Positions 55,623 through 64,000 of a DNA stretch of 64,000 nt are shown here, in pieces. The DNA comes from Macrostomum lignano (lineage: Eukaryota): contig NIVC01000583.1 of NCBI GenBank assembly GCA_002269645.1, positions 415,196 through 479,195 of the forward strand. Reading direction: 5' to 3'. Under the pieces are notes generated by a model. It saw only the letters and a program-made list of their open reading frames with translations, made no database searches and had not been told where the DNA came from. How positions within the stretch are numbered: position 1 is the stretch's first letter; every line of letters begins with the position of its first letter. The position numbers were made by a program, and so were the translations under genes.

Positions 55623-56468
55623 GTGCAGCCGCTGTTTCTGGACTGCGCAAACTTATCTGGAAGCCTAGTGCACCCGTGGACAACTAATGAATTATAATGA
55701 AGGACGCTGCACTCAATTTTCTTAAAAAATCTCTTGAGAACGCACAGCACTGAATGAGGTTTCACCATAGACAAATTTGGATGAAAAAGATCGCGCTAGA
55801 AAAATCAGCTACCGTTATGTTATTAAATGTCTTCTTTTTTGCCTTTCGATTTACTCATTAGTAGGGTTAGGTGAATTTCAGAGAGTAAAGCTCGATAAAA
55901 TTTAACGAACTTATAACGTTAAAACCTGGGCTGCATAGCAACCACAGAACTGCATGCGATTTTAATAGACAAAAAAACTGCTCAGAAGGTTTATTGAAAA
56001 TATCGAATCAAATTTTGCAATTTTGTTACATATACCGCTATCAGTAGTAGCTAGCTTTGAGAACATGGGATCAGCATATAGGTGAAATAGCATGAAGATA
56101 AAATCTGTATGCAAATATGCAAACTATTTAGCATTTAAAAATCTAATGTGTAGCAAAACGAGAGTTAAAAAACTTTGTTAAACTGCTAAACAAGGTGAAA
56201 AAAGGAAGAAAGCTTATTGCAAAATTTGGCTGATATTGTCAGGCCTGCTGCAGTAAGTACACGAATAATAAATATATTAACTGGTTGAGCCGAATGAGTT
56301 CGTAGTTAAAACAATAAATTATACGAATTGCAGGTGCGTTTTTGATGTGATCAATAAATTATGACAGAATTTTGTAAATACCTTGAAAGAAGTGCATTAA
56401 TTAACAATCCAACAATCGGTTTAGCTGGATTTACTTTTGGGTAAGTTTTAATAAGTTAGCTGACTTCA

Positions 56469-59205
56469 TTACACCGCTGCCTCCAGGTCACTGCTCACTC
56501 CATCACACTGCTCACTCCATCACACTGCTCACTCCATCACACTGCTCACTCCATCACACTGCTCACTCCATCACACTGCTCACTCCATCACACTGCTCAC
56601 TCCATCACACTGCTCACTCCATCACACTGCTCACTCCATCACACTGCTCACTCCATCACACTGCTCACTCCATCACACTGCTCACTCCATCACACTGCTC
56701 ACTCCATCACACTGCTCACTCCATCACACTGCTCACTCCATCACACTGCTCACTCCATCACACTGCTCACTCCATCACACTGCTCACTCCATCACACTGC
56801 TCACTCCATCACACTGCTCACTCCATCACACTGCTCACTCCATCACACTGCTCACTCCATCACACTGCTCACTCCATCACACTGCTCACTCCATCACACT
56901 GCTCACTCCATCACACTGCTCACTCCATCACACTGCTCACTCCATCACACTGCTCACTCCATCACACTGCTCACTCCATCACACTGCTCACTCCATCACA
57001 CTGCTCACTCCATCACACTGCTCACTCCATCACACTGCTCACTCCATCACACTGCTCACTCCATCACACTGCTCACTCCATCACACTGCTCACTCCATCA
57101 CACTGCTCACTCCATCACACTGCTCACTCCATCACACTGCTCACTCCATCACACTGCTCACTCCATCACACTGCTCACTCCATCACACTGCTCACTCCAT
57201 CACACTGCTCACTCCATCACACTGCTCACTCCATCACACTGCTCACTCCATCACACTGCTCACTCCATCACACTGCTCACTCCATCACACTGCTCACTCC
57301 ATCACACTGCTCACTCCAGCTCACTGCTCTCCCAGACACAGCCGCAGGACCTGCACAGCCCTCGCGTCTCATTAACAGCCTCAGCAACTATGCCAGCAAT
57401 AAAGTAGTCACGCAGGTAGCGAGCCTCGCGGTCTCCGTGCAGCACCCTCTCGATCCTGTTGAACTGGTCCCTGTACCGGCCCAGATCGCTCCAGGAGAAC
57501 CGGTGGCCCAACCGGTACAGGAACTCGTGCTGGTGATGCATGGCGGTCACTAGGCTGTCCCTGGTGTAGGAGAGGTCGTCCGCGAATCGAGCTGATGACC
57601 GTCTGCGAGAGCAGAGTTTGTGGATGGCTCTGTGGATTTAGGAGGCCCAGGCAGATCTGATACAGATTGTTGAGTTGCAGTTTGTTGTGTGATCTACTCT
57701 GATACAGATTGTTGTTGAGTTGCAGTTTGTTGTGTGATCTACTCTGATACAGATTGTTGTTGAGTTGCAGTTTGTTGTGTGATCTACTCTGATACAGATT
57801 GTTGTTGAGTTGCAGTTTGTTGTGTGATCTACTCTGATACAGATTGTTGTTGAGTTGCAGTTTGTTGTGTGATCTACTCTGATACAGATTGTTGAGTTGC
57901 AGTTTTTTGTGTGATCTACTCTGATACAGATTGTTGAGTTGCAGTTTGTTGTGTGATCTACTCTGATACAGATTGTTGGGTTGCAGTTTGTTGTGTGATC
58001 TACTCTGATACAGATTGTTGTTGAGTTGCAGTTTGTTGTGTGATCTACTCTGATACAGATTGTTGAGTTGCAGTTTGTTGTGTGATCTACTCTGATACAG
58101 ATTGTTGGGTTGCAGTTTGTTGTGTGATCTACTCTGATACAGATTGTTGTTGAGTTGCAGTTTGTTGTGTGATCTACTCTGATACAGATTGTTGAGTTGC
58201 AGTTTGTTGTGTGATCTACTCTGATACAGATTGTTGAGTTGCAGTTTGTTGTGTGATCTACTCTGATACAGATTGTTGGGTTGCAGTTTGTTGTGTGATC
58301 TACTCTGATACAGATTGTTGTTGAGTTGCAGTTTGTTGTGTGATCTACTCTGATACAGATTGTTGAGTTGCAGTTTGTTGTGTGATCTACTCTGATACAA
58401 ATTGTTGGGTTGCAGTTTGTTGTGTGATCTACTCTGATACAAATTGTTGGGTTGCAGTTTGTTGTGTGATCTACTTTGATACAGATTGTTGTTGAGTTGC
58501 AGTTTGTTGTGTGATCTACTCTGATACAGATTGTTGAGTTGCTGACTGACCCAGCGGGCCTGATTCAAGCGCTCATTCAACCTTAACGGAGAATTTCATT
58601 CACTTCTTCTGACCAACTACATGTAGGTGGCTCCGAGAAAACGCAAAATCTGATGCAAAGATCACCGCAGTTAAAGAAAGATGCCTCACCTGTCGCGGAC
58701 TTCCAACGCCAACTCCTCAGCCAGCAGCCGCTCCATCAGGAATGCCGCAGTCGCCGCGTTGTGGAAGACGTCAGCGCCGAGGCCGGCGAGGCTTCTCAAC
58801 GGCTGCACGTCTTGAAGCGAATTGCCGCGTCAGTCTCGATGAATGTCGCTGCCGCAGGTGCTGCACCGACTTTCCCAGCAGCCGCCTCTCCAACAGCTCG
58901 GTCTCGAAGTCCTGCAGGTCAGTCAGCGAGTCCAGCAGGTACTTCTCAACCAGGCCGGTCTGGTAGATGGAAGTTCGACGATTCAGCGCCTCGCTGCGCC
59001 GCCAGGCTGCACAGAAGCTCCGTGCCTGCTGGAGCTTCTGGCTGTCCGAAGAAGATGCAGCAGGCAAGCCGTGAGCTGCTGAAGACAGCAGAAGCAGCAG
59101 CAGCAGCAGCAGGCAGCCAGGAAGCAGTTTCCAGTTTCCATTTGAATTATTTGAATAACGATTTTCAGTTAAAGAACGGTTGCATTTCACTGAATTGAGC
59201 CGCAT
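56469..59205 (-). CDS. Putative secreted protein of unknown function; exons 59205-58867, 58802-58690, 57602-57351, 56490-56469
   Basis: AAAATG start, hydrophobic LLPGCLLLLLLLLLSSAAHG segment, GC3-rich exons, and in-phase GT-AG joins at 58689/57603 and 57350/56491. The frame change at ~58830 needs either a 64-nt intron (58803-58866, with a CTGAC branch-like motif) or a 1-nt indel. Confidence 0.55.
56491..57320. repeat. Homogeneous 17-bp minisatellite (CACTGCTCACTCCATCA)
   Basis: About 48 essentially identical units. Confidence 0.97.
57655..58545. repeat. 42/45-bp intronic minisatellite (GATACAGATTGTTGTTGAGTTGCAGTTTGTTGTGTGATCTACTCT)
   Basis: Tandem units; source of the spurious NNLYQSRSHNKLQL ORF. 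Confidence 0.96.
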
Positions 59206-61931
59206 TTTTATGCAACCGTTGGTTCCCGGGGTCTGCCAGGCGTGAGCGTTGGAAATTCCAATCGAGACCTGTCCGCTTTACGTTTCTGCCGCAAAGACTG
59301 CAAAAATAGCTTAAAATAGTTTCCATTCAATAGGCTGACATCACAGGCGTCTTCTCTTCCTTTTGGTCTCTGATTGGCGGATGAAAAAACCGGAGCTGAA
59401 ACTGAGAAATTGCCAGCTTCGCTTTTCTTTGGAAATTCCAAGGGGCACACTGGCATGGGAGGGGGGGGGTTGACCGCTCAAGGCTGTGCTATTTTTAGCA
59501 CATGTCTCGGCGCTCAAATCACTGGCTAGGCCGCTGGAGAATAAAGGTAGTCTAGGCTAGATGGCTGAGAAAAAGAAATGAGTGAGATTATTCTGCATAG
59601 TCAAAGCGTAATTTCCGCTTGGATATATTTTACATGTTCGCTCGTAAATTTTGCGGACGAGAAGCGGCTAATTAAGCAGAATGCAGTTCGTTTTTCGGCT
59701 AAAGGTGACGATCGGAACTGAATTTGAATTGAGTTTAAAAGTTTCAATTTACTATAATTTCGCACTAAAAAGGTCATTGCCACAGATAAGAGCTAGTAGA
59801 AACTTGATGTCACTTGCAAAAATGCGCTTTAACTACATGTACTATTTTCAGTAGCAAATGGAGTTCCGCCGTAACCAACAGCTCACAACAAATCGATGAT
59901 ATCTGTAGCGCCAGCTAATATATTACCAGTAACTTACCTTATCTTTTAATGATGTTAAGTCCAATGGCAACACATTTCTTACATCTTACATTAGTTAATA
60001 GTGATTGTGTTAAACTGTTGGCACGAATTCAAATTTAATTCAATTAAACGAATGAATGTTTTAAGTTTTAGAGTATAAAATAACAAATATAACTCGTGCT
60101 ACTTATTAGTAGTAATATTCGATTTATCAAATATTATTGATTAATATTGAAATCATGTTACTTTGCAGTACTTAGGACAAGTCTGATGAACAAAGTTAGC
60201 TAAGTGAGCTATGGTATATAACTTGTTTGTGTAAGTACAATACATAGAAGTAGTATGTAGCATTTTACCCAAGCGTGCCATATTGATGCGAAAAAATAAA
60301 GTTTTCGTTGTAAATTCCATCCTCATATGATTGATTTTTCAAAAAACAACTTTTTAAACAAACAAATCCAAAGCCACTGAGTCATAAATAATATATTTAA
60401 TAGTTTAATAAAGTGTTAAAAGTATGGCAGTACCACGTGCAACTTTAGGTACTTGCTACATCCTTATATATGTCAGAAAAGTTAACCAATAAGAGTTTTA
60501 AATATTGAATGATTAACAGAATCTATCATTAAAGGTCAGCTTGGATTGTAAAACAAATTCTGAAAACAGTTCAGAGTTGTGCAAGGAAAAACTCGTTCGT
60601 GACAGACATAAGAAAATAAGACAAGAATTCTGTAAAATCTTGGAATGTTGGTTTGGTCTGAACAACAGGCGTATAGATAGAAGGTTCACAATACCGCATT
60701 AAGCTACGAAATTCATAAATATCTGATAAGTACTGAAGTCTGTATAGCCATGGAGTTTTGCTCAAAAAAAAACAAATGCCCTAAGTTGATAAGTTACTAA
60801 TGAGCATTATCTTTGATGAAGTAGTTAATGTATCACTGAAAAAATACAATAACCCATTTAACCATTTGAAACGCACAGCAACACATACTAGTGCTAAGCA
60901 ATTTACTAAGATAAAGCTCGGATTAAAACATCAGTTTTCAATAAGAGTCATTTTAAAAAAAACAAAGCGAATAACAACTCAAAACTAGTGAAGTAGAACA
61001 CACAAAAATTTTACCTGGATAAAGCGGTGCTTGGATAGGGAAATACTGTACAGATTACATGGCATAATGTACATGTTATATCAAACGGGGGGACTGTTAT
61101 CAGAGTAAGAAAAGTATCTAAAAGTCTTGGAATTAAAAAAAATCCGAAATGAAATTTTTTAAGAATGTGTATAGCTTGCACTATCTAGCAAAGTACATGT
61201 GACAGATAGGCGTCATGGCAAGGATGAATGGATGGCATCAATGAGTCAATTCACTGAAACAAGGCACGCATAAAATTTTGCATAGGTAAAATCTCATCTG
61301 ATGACATATCACACTTGTAAAAATAGCTCTCTTAATCTAAGGATTAAAATAGTGTCAAAAAACCAAAACAGAACCATTTCTCAATCTCTAAGAGATACAG
61401 TTAAATAGAGGTTTTCAGCTAAAATCGTCGAGCTTCATAAAAAACTCTATGAAAATAGTAGGTTGGGCCATAGACAACATGCAAATTTCTGACTGATAAA
61501 CTTTATTTTATCACGGAACATTCTGTGCTGCTTTTCTTAGAAATGAGCCGAAAGCCGGTGAGGATGTCTATGGCTGCTGTCTGCTGTCTATGGCCAAACC
61601 TACCTTTATCCAATAGGCTTTTCGTTATTTTATCACTTTTAGCATGATAAAAAAGGCAATATAACGGGTATCTCAATAACAATGGACCCCAATTTAGATG
61701 CTGTCGTCCATGAGATGGGAGCCCCATGGCAGGGCTATTGTTGTCTGAGGCAATACATGCAAGGCGGCAGTCAAAATGCAAACCCATTTCCAATTGTCAG
61801 CTCTTCTAGTTGAGTTTCGAACGCAGCCGATAAGATGGAGTGTCCCTGTATACAATAACTGTGGTCACATTTTATTGAGACACCCCGTATATATCTCCCT
61901 TCAGAATCGGTAGCTTCACCCGCTCAATCAC

Positions 61932-62919
61932 TCAGGCTACGTGATTTCCGTCAACATCAGTCTTAGAACTATAGGCACCAATTTGAACTGCAGTCTTTGT
62001 CGAAGCCGACATGGCGCCACCATCCTTCTCCTTAGCAACTGTGGCATCGGCCGCAACGTCCAGCAGATCAACAGCTCGGCTAGCCCGACTAACCAGAAAG
62101 CACGCGCTGGCAAACAGGAAGCCGACAACTTTCAATCCCAGAATGACGCCAATCCACATGTAGGGCAGTCTGGTCAAGTCGTACTCCATGCACGCCGAGG
62201 CGTCGGCGTTGCTGCAAGCCGAATCGGACGAACGCATCAGGCAGTTGAAATCGAACAGGCTGCCAAAGTAGATCGGGGCCGGTATGAAGGCTAATAAACG
62301 TTGCAGAATATTTTGAATGCCCAATGCAAAGCTGCTGTCTGACTCGGAGACGCAGGACAAAGTGAGGATGTGGCTGGGCTCGTAGCCGCAGGCGGTCAGC
62401 AGCACAATGATGAACAGCAGTGCACAGAACGGGCCAAACGTGTAGCAAGCAGCCGTACATTTACCGCCAGTGACGTAACCACCGGGCAGACTGGCATTGG
62501 TTGCTATGGGAACGCATGAGCAGTCGGTGTAATTCCAGGAATCGCTCGACCCTGTCGAGGACTGCTTTGATTGACAGCCGGCGTGGCACGGCGTGAAGTA
62601 GGTTGTTCCCGTGAGCTGGTAGGGTGGGGCGAGTTGAACTTTACATTGCGAAAACTGTTCAAATTTGTGGTCTATAAGCATACAATCAATCGCTTTACAC
62701 TCTTCAATCACTACTTGTCAGTAAGCGATAATAACAAAAATAATAAGATTAACCTGGTTGCGGGTCGGCCGTGGCCTTGATTTGTGACAGTGTGGAAGTA
62801 CCTCTTGCGAACTGGCTGACTGACTAACAAACCGAATAATTAACTAACTAACTAACTAACTGACTAACCGACTAATTAACTAACTATTTAACTGACTAAT
62901 ATAACTAAGTGACTAACTT

Positions 62920-62951
<32 letters not shown>

Positions 62952-62967
62952 TTGACTAACTAACTAG

Positions 62968-63001
<34 letters not shown>

Positions 63002-63014
63002 GACTAACTAACTG

Positions 63015-63045
<31 letters not shown>

Positions 63046-63046
63046 G

Positions 63047-63097
<51 letters not shown>

Positions 63098-63098
63098 G

Positions 63099-63151
<53 letters not shown>

Positions 63152-63616
63152 TTAACTGACGAACTGACCAATCACAGTTTTCAAGATCATACACTCATAA
63201 ATTAAACCTAGTAGTGAAAAGTAAGTGGAAATGATCCACAGAAACCAGAAGCAACTGAAGATAGCTTGTATGTCACAAAAGCAGAAGAATGAACAAAAAC
63301 TCACAGCATCGCAAGCCGGATCGTAGCTGAGACTGCGCAATGGCAGGCGGCATTGCAGCTCACATTTAGCTGCAACTGAGCAGCAGCTGTTGATGATGAA
63401 GCTGCCGCACCGCTAGTAGCCGGGATGCCATACTGAGCATTCAGTCCGCCATGCTGACATTCGGACAGGTGCAAAATGCCAGGCCAATAGTGAGCAATGT
63501 GTAGCGGCGCACAGGCCCATCATGAGTAGGCTCACCGATTTGTTGCTAGGCTATAGCGGCGCATTATTAAAGCCCGGCGCCGATGCCAATCACGGCGCTA
63601 GGAATGACGAGAGCGC
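61932..63616 (-). CDS. SLCO: Organic anion transporting polypeptide (SLCO/OATP), last two exons: 63616-63305 (several apparent 1-nt frameshifts) and 62615-61932
   Basis: Kazal-like CNAACHC..YDPACDA|LTGTTYFTPCHAGC, SFALGIQ..RLLAFIPAPIYFGSLFD..C and C..YD signatures; phase-0 GT-AG join. The gene continues beyond the window. Confidence 0.9.
62820..63160. repeat. (TAAC)n microsatellite in the SLCO intron
   Basis: Read directly. Confidence 0.95.
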
Positions 63617-63699
63617 CTGGTAGTAGTTTTGGGGGGAGCAAGTTTGTTAAACCGAAGCTGGTGGTGTCAGAATGGGAGTTAAACCGAGGATCTGTCGGG

Positions 63700-63990
63700 A
63701 TGGACACTGAAGGATGTGTTGAGATGGACACTGAAGGATGTGTCATGATGGGACACTGAAGGATGTGTCATGATGGACACTGAAGGATGTGTCATGATGG
63801 GACACTGAAGGATGTGTCATGATGGGACACTGAAGGATGTGTCATGATGGGACACTGAAGGATGTGTCATGATGGGACACTGAAGGATGTGTCATGATGG
63901 GACACTGAAGGATGTGTCATGATGGACACTGAAGGATGTGTCATGATGGGACACTGAAGGATGTGTCATGATGGACACTGAAGGATCTGT
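63700..63990. repeat. 24/25-bp minisatellite (GGGACACTGAAGGATGTGTCATGAT)
   Basis: Tandem units in the SLCO intron. Confidence 0.93.
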
Positions 63991-64000
63991 CAAAATATAC

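Noticed and set aside
55487-55774. Minus-strand ORF (..RNSGCTCGCRF..) as a further exon of the secreted protein
   Set aside because: It is the codon-aligned antisense of the plus-strand exon, which has the GC3 bias and the LamG-like motif.
59600-61900. Short ORFs in the AT-rich spacer (60571-60765, 60800-60988, 61503-61793)
   Set aside because: No recognisable motifs, codon bias or consistent splice structure.

Overview
This is animal genomic DNA with GC-rich exons, AT-rich spacers and a different minisatellite in almost every host intron. That style resembles Macrostomum-type flatworm DNA, which is an inference only. Plus-strand host genes are a SOWAH-like ankyrin protein (3409-9951, with probable further exons to 20912), ZRSR2 (21663-25339), AMPK alpha (26216-33488) and an orphan LamG-like exon (55311-55622). 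Minus-strand host genes are an unknown secreted protein (56469-59205) and the 3' end of an SLCO/OATP transporter (61932-63616). The main accessory feature is an 18.9-kb element (36392-55291) bounded by ~400-bp inverted repeats beginning CACTAC. Its only recognisable resident gene is a Polinton/Maverick-type protein-primed DNA polymerase B split by six GT-AG introns, three of which cut polymerase motifs A, B and C. I found no capsid, integrase or packaging ATPase. The element is inactivated (frameshifts, a LINE in exon 1) and hosts nested insertions: a CMC/EnSpm-like element containing a MULE fragment, a LINE fragment, a foldback element and an RNase H-bearing LINE. Most long ORFs in the supplied track are artefacts of tandem repeats. 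All alignments and motif assignments were made by eye, without database searches.
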